A DNA stretch of 64,000 bases. Source: Macrostomum lignano. Taxonomy: Eukaryota. Made by a program: the position numbers and the translations under genes. The notes under the pieces were generated by a model. The model worked only from the letters and a program-made list of their open reading frames with translations. It was not told the origin of the DNA and made no database searches. Below, piece by piece: positions 28,565-42,800 of the stretch (position 1 is the stretch's first letter; the number at the start of each line of letters is the position of its first letter). Location of the stretch: NCBI GenBank assembly GCA_002269645.1, contig NIVC01001176.1:1-64000 (forward strand), in the 5' to 3' direction.

Positions 28565-29416
28565 ATGTTTATGGTTTAACGTTGATGGAAGGTATGCCCA
28601 GGCCGCCTTGGAAGACCTCGGGGAACTGCGCCAACAGGTCAGCTGCTTGTCCGGTCACCCAGTTGACTTGGCCAAGGATCATCGGCCAGTCGAGTCTCAG
28701 CTCAGGCGGAGACCTGACAGAGCATCCTCCTGGAGGCTTTTCGGGATGACGGTAAGTGCGGAGCCAGCAGTATCCACCTTGAAGCGACAAGGCTTGCCTT
28801 GGAGCAGCAAGCTCAAGCGCCAGACTCTTGCTCGACCCGCTCGCTCTGAAGAAGGGCTCCTACAGCTCAGCCTGCTTCGGAATCCAACTTGTGCAGCTTA
28901 GAAGACCTGCACACCTTCCGGATATGCCCGACTTTCCGCAGTTGTGGCACTTGGCCTCACGAAGCTTGCATTGCTGCCGACTGTATAGACGCCGCCGCCG
29001 CTCGCACACGCGCCTGTGGCAGTAGCTGTCCGCACAGCGTTGGCTTGAGCTACCGATGACGGGCCTGCTTATTGACCTCCTTCAGTGCAGTGGAATTCTT
29101 GTGGAGACGCAGGTGGACAACTGCTTCAGCCCGGTGCGCCATCTCCGACGAAGATCGCTCCGCGTCGACTCTGGCAACCAGCATCTTCAAGTCAGGCTGT
29201 TTTTCACGGTGCACATCGCTGTGGAGACCGAAGACAGGCTGGTCGCGCAGTCTCTCGTCATCCTCTTCTATGGCGGTCACCAGAGTGACGACATTCGCCT
29301 CCTCTCGGACGTCCTTGCAGATGAAGTATTATTGTTCAAGCCTCTCCAAGTATCTCAATATCTGAATTTGCAGAGTTCTGGAATTCTACCAGTCGCAGCC
29401 ATATCCGCGTCGCCAA
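28565..29416 (-). mobile_element. Decayed Ty3/Gypsy LTR-retrotransposon gag-protease fragment with PBS-like motif
   Basis: Starts MAATGRIPE at 29402. Disrupted YLERLEQ*YF, RLRDQPVFGL, zinc knuckle CHNCGK.GHIRKVC, protease-like FKVDTAGSALTVIP, and linker LDWPMI...LLAQFPEVFQGGLG. TTGGCGACG immediately follows ...CACA (LTR end) at 29417. Multiple stops and frameshifts. Confidence 0.75.
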
Positions 29417-29600
29417 TGTGAAATTATGGGTTCGGAGACGAGTACTTGCAATTGGAAGTAGAAAAAACTCGCCAAACTCTTTTGAGCGGTACGTGTCTTA
29501 GTACTCTAATTTATTTAAATTGCATTCACCGGCTCAGCATGCGAGCGTAATTCACTAGACAGAGATTAGAGGTGAGTGCCACACAGGCCTTTGGTCACAG
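29417..29600 (-). mobile_element. Candidate 5' LTR of the Gypsy element (far end approximate)
   Basis: Ends in CA (TG on plus at 29417) directly before the PBS-like motif and contains AATAAA on the minus strand. 29421-29567 is recognisably homologous to 26023-26147. Confidence 0.5.
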
Positions 29601-29634
29601 AATCAGATACCCTGATTTAAGTAATATCGGGTTA

Positions 29635-30182
29635 TGATGGGTTTCGGCCTTTTCAGCATTAAAAGCCTCCGGGCCTCAGGTCTCAGAAATAAATCAATTA
29701 GAGTCCTGGCCCCCACTCCTGTCAGATGGTCAGCCCCATGGTAGCTTGATCTGTGGCGAGCAGTCTAGTTCCCTTTAGCTAAGAGAGGGACAGCGAGAGA
29801 CAAGCAGGGAGAATTTTGAAGGTAGAGATCAGCTAATCTACAGATTAACTAACCCGCTGCCACCAGCCCGTGCGTCCTGGCTCACCAAACCGGGACTTTC
29901 GAAATCGGGCTTCCAACTGAAGGGGCTTAGCACTTACCTGCCAAAATTAACTAGTGTCCTTTTGCTATCAATCTCGAAGTCATAGCCGATGGTAAGGGAC
30001 ACTGCTGGGACTCGATCGCATTGACCATGCAGGTACAGAGGGGACTTGTGCAGGGGATTCTTGCAGTGGAGAGATTATGCAGTGTTGAGTCCGAGCGGGC
30101 CAAAAACTTCGGTTTATATTCGAGCCGCAATTTGTTAAAATGGAACACCTCGACGCTGATTGGTTAAGCCGATTTGTTATAA
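29635..30182 (-). mobile_element. Short copy of the 18333-19693 repeat, lacking about 800 bp internally
   Basis: Same ends (tgatgggtttcg ... gatttgttataa) and same splice signals. The deletion junction falls at a GTTG microhomology at about 30085. Confidence 0.65.
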
Positions 30183-32944
30183 CTGACGTCAGATTTTTAC
30201 TTCAACTCCAAATTAGTTTTCAGTTTTGAGTGCAGCCCAGATTTTCAAACTTTTGTTTTCATACTGTAAATGCACTAAGATGTACGCATTTAAACGTCCA
30301 TTTCAAACTAGAGGTCAATAACTCCGAGTTGGATGCATGAATCTTGCAGAAATTGCACAGAAATGTAGATTTCTTTTGTTAATTTTGATTTTCACTTAAA
30401 CTCCAAATTAGTTTTCAGTTTTGAGTGCAGACCAGGTCTTCAAACATTTTAATACAGTCTGTAAATGTACGGAAGTTGTTGAATTTATGTCGTCTATTTT
30501 AAATTGAAGATCAATAGCAACAAGATGGATGAATGAATGTGACTGAAAAGTCACAAAAATGTAGAAAACAGTTGTTTTTTATCATCTGATTATCTTAGTT
30601 TCAGACATACAGTTAGCTTTTGTAGGATTTGAAAATTTGTTTATCTTTTCACGAATTTGGAGTTGGAGTTGGAGTTGGATAGTTCGAATGCGGCCCGTCA
30701 TTTCGCATAACTGTAAATTGTCAATTAGACCTTAGAAGGTCGTATCAGTCTGAAATAAATGAGATTAAATTAAAGAAAGGCTTTAGGACAGAAATAGTCT
30801 GGTTATATTCCATGGGCATTGTCATTAGTTATATATGTTTATTTTTTAGGAATTACCTTACAACAGAAATGGATTTCTGACTAATTTCTTACATAGTGGC
30901 ACAGTCAAAAGGATATCTACCAAAATTTCTAGCATAGATAGGTATAGAGTAGGAATTTATCTATTCATACTAGGCCTATATAGTTTATATTAAGTTATAT
31001 TATTCTAATTAGATATTATGTAGCTATTTTTGTGCAAAGGGCACAGGTTATATATTAGATCATAATAGCTAAATCACATTCTAAGAGATGTCTTTAATAT
31101 TGGAATTTTCTGGTTTGTATTGGTTTAGCATGCATTATATGCATTTAGTTCCAATATGATTATGAATTCTAGCATGCCTTTAACATGATCCAGAGTATGC
31201 AGATAAGCTAAGTTAAAAAAGGTATTATTTGTAATACAATTCTATAATCATTTATATCCGTTGGTTTTTATTTTATCTACTATTCTTTTATCAATTATTA
31301 AGCTAAAATGAAGATATATTATACCACACTCTGGATCATGTAGTATACATACTATATGCCCAAAAATTCAGGTGTGCATTGGCCTTGCACATCAAAATTA
31401 AGCGTGCACACTGCACAATACAGTTGGCGTGCATCACTCCTGAGAAAATATTATGCATGCACACCTGGCATGCACTTTATAGAATCATGCGTAAGAGTTA
31501 TTGTGAAGTTGAAAAAAGATAAAAAGTTTATTTTTAAGTGCAAATTTCAAGCTTTCCGATTTTTTCAAGCTTGTAAAAAAGCATTTAAACAAATCTCTAA
31601 GTGTATAAATTTTCCACTATAAATAGTATTGCTGAAAAGGCATAAAAAGTAACCAAATATCTAGTAATAAGGGTCTATTATGCAATTTAAAAAAGGTATT
31701 TTATTGTCACAATATAAAAATGGTCATTTACTGTTGCAACACTGGAATATTTTTGAGAATGGGTATGCACTACATTTTTTGGTATGCATTTGTAATTATT
31801 CAATTTTTGCTTGGGCATGCACCCAGCATGATCCAGACTATGGATATTATAATTTATAATTAGGCAATTAGACATTTTTGGTTAATAGACATTTTGATTA
31901 ATAGTATAATAGAACAACAAAAATGAATATATATTGAAAATTTATTAAATATCAATTTTTTATTTTTAATTAGGGCCTATGCAACTTTTTCTTATATTTA
32001 ACCTAGTTATATTTCTTGCATATATATATTCAAAAAGCTCATTATGTGCTTTTTTATATATTATTAGGTTAGATATAGGTTAGGTTATATCTAATAAAAA
32101 TATCTAATATTATTATTAGAATATAATATCTAAGAACATAATATCTAATATTAGGTTAGATTAGGTTATATATATAGATGCACATAATGAGCTTATTATT
32201 ATATATATAATGTTAAAACTCATTATAATTAACACTCACAATAATAAAGAGTAAGACATATTTGTAGATCTATAATTCTATAATAGCTATCCTATATAGC
32301 AAACTGAGAGTGGCTATTGTAGAAATGAAAAAGTATATATATATCTATTATACTTATAGACATTAATAAACATTGGGATGTTGACTAATATTAATGTTAT
32401 ATTGCTGCATAGGGGCCTTTATATTAAAATATAATAATAAAAAGATCAATGTCATTTTTTCTTCACCTTAAGTCCCTAGGCCTAATCAAGGTTAGTTGAC
32501 TTTTAGTAAGCAAGGAAATTCAAAATATGTTTAAATTATAATAAATAAGTTTTTTATATCTTTAGAATAGTTCAATTTTTGCTAAAATTAGTATTAGACT
32601 TGTAGCATAATATTTTATTATTTATTAATTCTATTCTACTGTTTAGAGTTTTAGGCCTAACCAAGAAAAATACCTTAATAAAAATGTCTAAATAAAATAA
32701 AAATGAAAAAAAAAATAAAATAAAATGCCGAAATATGATCTATTTATAAAGAGTAAAATATTCTATGGCTAATGATTATATATTATAAAATGGAAATAAT
32801 CTTATTGCCATTATATTTTTATTATAAGGATAAGGAATATTATTTATATATTTTAGAAACTCTTAAATTATATTAGAAGAGCTTTTGTAGTTTTTTTGCA
32901 TATTTTTGAGAAGTGCTTATCTTGGAGCTTATCTTAGTTTTAAG

Positions 32945-33468
32945 AGTTTATCCTAGTCCTTCAGTGTCTATCTTCATCCTTCAGTCTACCCCAGTCCTTC
33001 AGTCTGTCTAGTCCTTTAGAGTCTACCCTAGTCCTTTAGAGTTACCCTAGTCCTTCAGAGTCTGCCTAGTCCTTCAGAGTCTACCCTAGTCCTTCAGAGT
33101 CTACCCAGTCCTTCAGAGTCTACCCTAGTCCTTTAAAGTCTACCCTAGTCCTTTAGAGTCTGTCCAGTCCTTTAGAGTCTACCCTAGTCTTTTAGAGTCT
33201 ACCCTAGTCCTTTAGAGTCTACCCTAGTCTTTTAGAGTCTACCCTAGTCCTTTAGAGTCTGTCCAGTCCTTTAGAGTCTACCCTAGTCCTTCAGAGTCTA
33301 CCCAGTCCTTCAGAGTCTACCCTAGTCCTTTAAAGGCTACCCTAGTCCTTTAGAGTCTGTCCAGTCCTTTAGAGTCTACCCTAGTCTTTTTACTTTTAGA
33401 GTCTACCCTAGTCCTTTAGAGTCTACCCTAGTCCTTCAGAGTCTACCCTAGTCCTTTAGAGTCTACCT
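32945..33468. repeat. ~20-bp minisatellite (ccctagtcctttagagtcta)
   Basis: Direct inspection. Confidence 0.93.
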
Positions 33469-36400
33469 GTATTTTCTCTCGCTAGTCTTAAAAAGACTAA
33501 TATGAGTACATTTAGGGTTATATAAGACAATGGTTTTTAAAAATCTTTATTGATGTCTCCTGTTGCGAAACTATCAGCCATCCTGCAGTTAGAAGATAAG
33601 ATATCTTTTTTTAGCGACTACTTGTAGTTTTTTTCAGAACCTACATAGGCTAGCAATTTTCCATCATTGCTCAGGATCAATATTTCAAAAATAGGGAAAA
33701 TTAAAGATAGGCCTGCTTCTTCGAGCTATCTATTATAGAAAGCCAGCTGCGTTTACAGCCGCTTTAGTTAGCCAGCCAGTCCAGCAAATAATTACAATGC
33801 GCACAGTTCTCACTATGCAAATGACGTCTTCCCCATGGCTATTCGCATGTATTATTAATTGAATTTAATTGGGCTCAGCTGTTGCATCCTGTCGCGTTGG
33901 TTTTTACCTTCTGTTTCTTTGAATTCCCAAATCCCAAGTGATTAGCTTGGGCTGCTCTGCTAAAGATTCGGACTAATCATCTTGGCCCAATTAGTTCGGC
34001 TCGCTATTCCTGGCTGTTCGATGTTGTCGTAGCTATTGCGTCTCTATCTGGCAGCTAATGATATTCGATATAAACGAGATGATGATGCATTGACGCTGAG
34101 AATGAAGGTGAATGACGCAAAGCCTATTTTCCCGATGCTCTATGAAACTTGAACTCACGCTGAGCTAGCTGTCAGTTTCTTGGCAGCTTTGGGATTGGCT
34201 AAATGTCTGCCCTATGCCATTAGCACCTGTTTCCTTTCCTAGCCAAGTTGCCCTGCCGCTGGATTGTGTCTGTGTTGGGATTGGCTCAGTTTCTCCCGTT
34301 TTTTGTTTAGTCATCGAGGGTAGACTAGATTGGGTGTGCGTGCGTGGGAAAGGCGATTAGGATGATGCTTTATACAGTGGAATATTCTACTCAGTTCATG
34401 CTACTCCGTGTTTCATTTCTGCCTAATTTCTCTCTCCATCGGTTGGATGAGAATTCAGAGTTCCGCCTATCCAGCGCTTGGGGACGCAGTTTTGCAATAC
34501 GTACGACGCGTGTTTTACTGTGGCACTGTAAACTGTAAAGTTGCGCATGCTTAAAAATCATTTAGAATCATTTAGATCATTTAGATTGTTATCTCTGACA
34601 ACAATCAAAGCATGAAATGAAGATTTCAAGAAATTGGGCTACTTTTCCACAGAAGAACTTCACTCACTTTCTTACTTAAACTTACCATAGACAACTTATT
34701 TTCTTACCATGATGGATCAAGCAGACACTTTTCTGATCAGGCTGTATTTGTACTGACGAATTTCACTTACTTAGACGAATTCGAAGTCACTTTCTCTAAA
34801 AATTTACCATAGACACTCATTCTCTTCCCCTTGAGCGCTATATAGTTTTGCATACGCTGACGAATTTGAACTCACTTTTGACGAATCCGAAGTTAAAAAG
34901 GTATATTAAGTGTACTAGGTAGGTAGTGGTCACCCATAATAATTGATTTGTCAAGTTTTAAACAGCTGACAGCTTGTATTACACGTTTTTACTTTCAAAT
35001 GTATTACATTCAGACAGTGATGCAGACGTGAAGGTGTTTGTCTTAATTGAATTTCTGCAAGAAAAATGCAACATAGACTATGTTGCTAAATTAAAACAAA
35101 CCCCCTTTCATATTAAACAGAACCGATTCAATTCAGTCAGAGCTAAGTCCATGTGCTGTTGAACCTCTGCGCTTTGTGGATTTTCATCTTCTTCAGCCTC
35201 CTCATCATCCTCTGTCCAGTCTACGCCTTGCTCTTCAAGCAGTCAGTTCGTCTTGCTTTTCTTCCTCTGTGTCTTCACTCCCGGCTTCAGCAATCATTTT
35301 TTATTTGAAAAGGCGTTTCTTTTAGGTATTCTGCGTATGAAAGGTCCAGCACAGGTCCTCTTAGCACAGGGTTTTCTTTTCGAGTAAATCGGTTAGGAAC
35401 ACAGGTAATATATAAAATGGATACACAGCAAGACACTGCAACACGCCCCAGGAATTAAAAAGTCAAATTGATATAAGTTGGCGATTTCAGTGCTGGGCTA
35501 CTGGCGCTGTAATCATGTTTAGCTGACAGGACGGTCGCCTTTGTGCCTTTGTGCTTGCGCGGGCTGTTTTTTGTGCCGGCGTGTGGGGGGTGCGGGGTGC
35601 TGGGGCGGTTGGCCTTTTATGTGCGTGCGCGATGGTCTGATCAGCGCGTGTGTCCTCGCAATTTTAAGCAATTTATCAAGTCGTCTCGTATTTCAAGGTA
35701 TCTGATATCTGTTACTTGCTGAAAAGCTAAGAAATGAAGATGTTAGTCTGCATAGGGGGAGTTAAAATAGCTGATGATTAAAATGTCAAAGGGCTGCTGT
35801 ACTGCCTGTACACCCTGTGTGAGCATATGTAATTAGTGCGTACCTGCGTACAGTATCTGCGCGCTTGTATGTGCCTAAGAGTCCGTGGAATGTCGGACGA
35901 TGTCGCTGAAAACGTTTCGCCAGGGTGCCCAAAACACTTGCAAGTATTATCACGTTATGATTACAATGAATAAAAAGGTCACCAGTCCCTGTTTTCTGTT
36001 CCCGCTTGCCAAAATATTGCCTGTATCGGAAATGAAGCTATGCTACTCCATGCATCCCTTTGTTCGCCTCCCTGATCAAAGAGCAATAAGCGCGATAGAC
36101 ATTTGCCTGGCGGATAGGAGATTTAAAAATCTAATCCTCTTTCCGTCAATCTTTCTAATTTTTTGTAAAGCCCCTATATTTGGCCATTCCGAGTCTCTAC
36201 CCCTTTTCGTTTTCCCTTAGCGATTTTCTTCCCCAACTAGTGCTCAAATTTCCTGTTTTAGGCTTGAATGCAGATAATGACGATAATGATGAAAATCCTT
36301 CTTCATCAGCGCCTGCCCCGCAGCATCCTTCCATGGGGGCTTTTTTAATCACTTTTCCATGTTGCTCTCCGCCCATCCACCCGTCTATTGCTTAATCACA

Positions 36401-36876
36401 AGTAGGATAGGGGCTTTTTGTCTTTACGCCCATCCTTTAAGCTGTTGCTAGGGCGCTGCTAAGCATTCTCAAATGAATTCAAAGCTCACTTAATAAGAAA
36501 TGGGAATCTAGTCTCCCTTTCTTTGCTTTGCATTTCCCTAGTGAAGAAAGGAAAATATCTACTGAGCTTGACGATGGGGTTCCTCTGTTTCCTGTCGGTA
36601 CAGAATAATGAGCTCCGCTTGAATTGCCAGGTCTTTGATTATGGTTTATTCGATCGAGTGATTTTTCTGACTCAACATGGCCCGCGTGCCTCTACGCATC
36701 ATTATGAAGCCCCATCTGCTGTTGCTGCTGCTTTAATTATAATAATCAACTTGGCTAATTTATTTTTCAAAGCGCAAGGCAAATTATTCAAGTCTCTTAA
36801 AGTGTTTTCCTTATCAAAATAAAATAATTTCAGCCCAGTCAAATTAGCGAATGCTTGCACTGCAGCTGTAGCAATT

Positions 36877-39800
36877 ATGGACTACCAGTTAATTAGTGTT
36901 AAACACGAAGCGGCCGACGCCCCGGAAGAATACGATAATGACGACAGCTTCAGCGGCGCAAATCTCGGAGGCGCCGACGCTGACATCAGTCGCGGCCGAG
37001 GCTCGTCGAATCCGGCTGCCGGCGCCGGCCGCAAAAAAGCGAAGCTGAAAGAGCCGTCAGCAGACTTGGGCATCATGTCGGAGAATCAGATTTGCGTCGT
37101 GTGCGGAGACTACGCCTCCGGTTTTCATTACTCGGCGCTCACCTGCGAGGCCTGCAAGAGCTTCTTTAAGCGGACTGTTCAGGGTGAGTCGGGGTGCCAT
37201 TTCGACATTCGGTCTATTAAAGTACAATATATTATTCAAGGCAGGGACTGCGTGCACCATAGTGCACTTTAAGCGACATTGTCGCACAACAGGTGAGAGG
37301 CATTGCTGCCCATTCCGCCCACACCCCTGACCTGAGCAGGCACACCAGCGCGCGGATACGTACGCAGTCAGAGGCTCAGGTGCACACGAGTGTACAGCGG
37401 CCCTAACTTGGAATCCAGCCTGGGCCGCTGGCACATCAGAGCGCCGCTCTAGACCACCACTGGGCTACGCTCCCCCTATCAAAGTACATATCAGTAGGCC
37501 ATCTTGACATCCGGGTCTATTAAAGTGCACAGCAGGATGCTATCTTGACATCCGGGTCTATCAAAGTACATAGCAGGGTGCCATTTTGACATCCGGGTCT
37601 ATCAAAATGCATAGCAGGATGCTATCATGACATCCGGGTCTATCAAAGTGCATAGCAGGATGCTATCATGACATCCGGGTCTATCAAAATGCACAGCAGG
37701 ATGCCATCTTGACATCCGGGTCTATCAAAGTGCATAGCAGGATGCTATCATGACATCCGGGTCTATCAAAGTGCATAGCAGAATGCCATCTTGACATCCG
37801 GGTATATCAAAGTGCATAGCAGGATGCTATCATGACATCCGGGTCTATCAAAGTGCATAGCTGGATGCTATCATGACATCCGGGTCTATCAAAGTGCATA
37901 GCAGGATGCTATCATGACATCCGGGTCTATCAAAGTGCATAGCAGGATGCTATCATGACATCCGGGTCTATCAAAGTACATAGCAGAATGCCATCTTGAG
38001 ATCCGGGTCTATCAAAGTGCATAGCAGGATGCTATCATGACATCCGGGTCTATCAAAGTGCATAGCAGGATGCTATCATGACATCCGGGTCTATCAAAGT
38101 GCACAGCAGGATGCCATCTTGACATCCGGGTCTATCAAAATGCACAGCAGGATGCTATCTTGACATCCGGGTCTATCAAAGTGCATAGCAGGATGCTATC
38201 ATGACATCCGGGTCTATCAAAGTGCACAGCAGGATGCCATCTTGACACCTCTGTACATCGCGGTTTGAGTGTCGCTAGCGTGCTTGCAATTCGAATTATT
38301 TTTTTCGTAGCATTTTTCTACTTTTCAATTTCAGTAACAGAATCATGTAATTCAATCCCTGAAGTCTCATTATTTTATACAGTGTTGAAGGATTTATTCC
38401 TAGAACATAAAAAAAATCGAGAATTCGACACTGAGCACGCCATCCCTAGCATTAATCTCAGCTCTCTGCTTACCTGTTCGTCATTTCACCTTGAGTTCAT
38501 GACGCGCTTGTTAATGTTAAGCCTCTGATCAGCCCGCTGAAATTTCTCCTAAAGTACACAGTTGCAACTTAACCCCAGAGCCTTACTAAGACTTTGATCT
38601 CCTCTCCTTCTTTCCTGCTTTGCTGCAGACAAGCACGAGTACACCTGTTCGGGAAATTTCGACTGCTCCGTGAGCAAATCTATGCGCAAGTCCTGCCAGT
38701 ACTGCCGATTTCAGAAGTGCCTTGTGAATGGAATGCTGCCGCAGGGTGAGTGACCGGGTCGCGTTTGCGCATTTATTGCCATTGTGGCATCTCGGATCTT
38801 AAGCTTATTGATCCAGCTCACGGCCCCATCATGAACTAATGACCCTTGACATATGACTCATCCTTAGCTCACCATAGATCTCGTGAGCTTATGACTGTTA
38901 TCCTTAGCTCATCTGAGATCTCCTAATGAGCTTATGACCGTCATCCTAAAATCCTCATAGATATCATAATTAGCTTATGACTGTCATCCTGAAAAAATCC
39001 TCATAGATCTCCTAATGAGCTTATGACTGTCATCCTGAAAAATCCTCATAGATCTCCTAATGAGCTTATGACTGTCATCCTAAAATCCTCATTGATCTCA
39101 TAATGACCTTATGACTGTCATCCTGAAATCCTCATAGATCTCCCAATGAGCTTATGACTGTCATCCTAAAATCCTCATTGATCTCATAATGAGCTTATGA
39201 CTGTCATCCTGAAATCCTCATAGATCTCCCAATGAGCTTATGACTGTCATCCTAAAATCCTCATTGATCTCATAATGAGCTTATGACTGTCATCCTGAAA
39301 TCCTCATAGATCTCCCAATGAGCTTATGACTGTCATCCTGAAATCCTCATAGATCTCATAATGAGCTTATGACTGTCATCCTGAAATCCTCATAGATCTC
39401 ATAATGAGCTTATGACTGTCATCCTGAAATCCTCATAGATCTCCCAATGAGCTTATGACTGTCATCCTGAAATCCTCATAGATCTCATAATGAGCTTATG
39501 ACTGTCATCCTGAAATCCTCATAGATCTCCTAATGAGCTTATGACTGTCATCCTGAAATCCTCATAGATCTCCTAATGAGCTTATGACTGTCATCCTGAA
39601 ATCCTCATAGATCTCCTAATGAGCTTATGACTGTCATCCCGGTTTTGGCAATAATAACAAGCCATGTTTTATTAATATTGCCAGCTAATTGCCAACTTAC
39701 CTGCTAGCCTATAATGATCCTTCCGCTTATCTGCCTAGGTTACCTAGGCTATTTTACCTAGGTTCCGAGCAGTCTTGAGTCTCGTTAGCATGGCCTGTTA

Positions 39801-42800
39801 ATTTTCTTAATGACTGTCTGGCCTTTCCTTTCGCCGGACGGGCTTTTAGCGCTCTGGCTTTTTATTAGCCAAACTGGTCACTGTTTCTGCAAGGCGCAGA
39901 CGATACTTTGTGCCATGAATCCAACAGCTATTTTCGGCTTCTTTATTGTCCCTGCTCCCATCAGGAGGATCATTCAGAAGACACTGCCCCCATCATGAGG
40001 GTCATTCAGAAGGCAGTCCCTGCTCCCATCAGGAGGATCATTCAGAAGGCACTGCCCCATCATGAGGGTCATTCAGAAGGCAGTCCCTGCTCCCATCAGG
40101 AGGATCCTTCAGAAGGCAGTCCCTGCTCCCATCAGGATGATCCTTCAGAAGGCAGTCCCTGCTCCCATCAGGAGGATCCTTCAGAAGGCAGTCCCTGCTC
40201 CCATCAGGAGGATCCTTCAGAAGGCAGCCGTTGTCCCCCAGCTCTTATGGGAGGGGTATTCTTACCTAAGCTGCAGCAATGTTTCAGAATTTCTCTCTTA
40301 ATGCATAATTTCTTAATCTAGTAACTTTCTACTCTAGTAAGGCTTCACACCTTCGTCTCGTAATGCATTTGTCAGCAGCAAGACTTCATGCGTTTAAAAT
40401 ATTATTTAGCTTTAAAAGCTGTTTGAGCTTTAAGCTGTTGATGGTCTTCTCAAAGCTGGATGGATTTATTAGTCCTTACAGAAGCGGTTGCGGCTTCTCA
40501 GGAATCACTTACGATCTAGGATATGCTGTAGCTGGCTCTGAGCTAAAGAAGCTTTGCACCGAGACGGTTTTTAGTAAGCTCTCAAAGCTTGCAACATAGT
40601 CAGTAGGGTAATGTCAAGTCTTCTTTCTGACTCCGTCCGTCTTTCACCCGTTTGTCTCTTTACTGGGTTAGTACGAGCGTAATGAATGCATTGCAGATAT
40701 TGCAGCTGTCTACTGGCCATATATTTGTCATAACTTGCCATTACTCAATATTAACTGAGCCTTCTCAGTCTAGTATATACTCCTTTTAATGCTTACTCTT
40801 GCTGATGGAATGCAAAATTTTGTTACTCTTCTGTATCTAAAATGTTTTCTTGGTTAGTAAGATTGCATACCAGAATATGGGTCACTATCATTTGCGCGCT
40901 TTTGACTTGCGTGCTTGTAACGGTGCTTGTGACTGTGCTTGTGACTGCGTGCTTGTGACTGTGCGTGCTTTTGACTGCTTGTGCTTCTAACGGTGCGTAT
41001 TCGTGACTGCGTGTGCTTGTGATTGTGCATATTTGTGACTATGTGCTTGTGACTATGTGTGCTTGTGACTGTGTGTAATTGTGACAGTGTGCTTGTGACT
41101 GTGTGTAACTGTGACAGTGTGTGCTTGTGACTGTGTGTAATTGTGACTGTGTGTAATTGTGACTGTGTGTAATTGTGACTGTGTGTAATTGTGACTGTGT
41201 GTAACTGTAACTGTAATTGTGACTGTGTGTAATTGTGACTGTGTGTAATTGTGACTGTGTGTAATTGTGACTGTGTATGCTTGTGACTGTGTGTAATTGT
41301 GACTATGTGTAATTGTGACTGTGTATGCTTGTGACTGTGTGTAATTGTGACTGTGTAATTGTGACTGTGTGTAATTGTGACTGTGTGTGCTTGTGACTGT
41401 GTGTAATTGTGACTGTGTAATTGTGACTGTGTGTAATTGTGACTGTGTGTGCTTGTGACTGTGTGTAATTGTGACTGTGTAATTGTGACTGTGTGTAATT
41501 GTGACTGTGTGTAATTGTGACTGTGTGTAATTGTGACTGTGTGTAATTGTGACTGTGTGTAATTGTGACTGTGTTTAATTGTGACTGTGTGTAATTGTGA
41601 CTGTGTAATTGTGACTGTGTGTAATTGTGACTGTGTGTAATTGTGACTGTGTGTAATTGTGACTGTGTGTAATTGTGACTGTGTGTAATTGTAACTGTAA
41701 TTGTGACTGTGTGTAATTGTGACTGTGTGTAATTGTGACTGTGTAATTGTGACTGTGTAATTGTGACTGTGTAATTGTGACTGTGTAATTGTGACAGTGT
41801 GTAATTGTGATGTGGGTTAGCGGCTTCCACTGAGCCTAAAAAACTGTATATTCAGTCTGATCAAACGCCCCTCTCTCTGCCGCCAATCGCAGACGTCCGT
41901 ATGGACCGAACTCGCGGCGGTCGCAAAAAGTGCAAGCGCACTTCGCGCGAGCAATTCGACCAGCTGGTTGAACAGATTGCGGCTGCCGGTGTACCCGCCA
42001 ACCCGGCCACAGCTGGCCCAGCCGCATCATCGTGTGCCGATGTACCGCCACCGCAGCAGCAGGCTGCTCAGAACGTCAGCAACGGCGACATTGGTGCAGA
42101 GCGTCGCCTGCGTCATCAGTGCAACAACTCGGCCGGCTCAGAAAAATTCTTGGCTTCCATGAATCCGCTGGATAGTTTTATTCGCGAGGCCGTTGCCAAC
42201 GACGCTATGATGCGGCCGCTTACCGTTGGCCACTGGCCGGGCGGACCGGACGGTGCGGCTGCCTTTTCGGCCGCCATACGCGACTGGTTTATTCGCGGCC
42301 TGAACTCCGTTATCGTCTGGAGCAATTCGTTGAAGTGCCTGGACGCACTGCTGCTGCAGGACCGAATCTCTCTGCTAGCTAAGAACTGGTTCGTCATCCT
42401 GCTCATGGACACCCTGGCCAGGTCTATCCCCTACAACGGATTCGTCCAGTTTGCCAGCAACTTCTCCATCGGTCCGAATGAGGCCGTCGCCTGCCAGGTG
42501 CCGCAGGATTTCTACTCAACCCTGTGCGGCATGCTGCAATCGTTTGATCATATGCAGCTGGACCGGGGCGAGATTTCAATGCTGAAGCTGCTGGCCCTGC
42601 TCGATCACAGCATTATAGACGATATTGGCATCATCTCGCGTACCGAGGGCCTGCGCGGGGCCACTCTTCGCGCCCTATACCGGATCAGCTCGACCAAGCT
42701 GGACATTAGCGAGCATTCCGAACAGTGCGATCTGTACGTTAGCAAACTGCTGCTGCGCCAGGGTTTCACAGTCAACTTGAAGATGGGCCTGGAGTCCTGG

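Noticed and set aside
29636-29690. Canonical hammerhead at the end of the unclassified repeat (also 18334-18400)
   Set aside because: The core is CUGA-gaccu-GA rather than CUGANGA, and no consistent stems I and III were found in both copies. It is not listed as an RNA feature and is kept only as a hypothesis in the findings.
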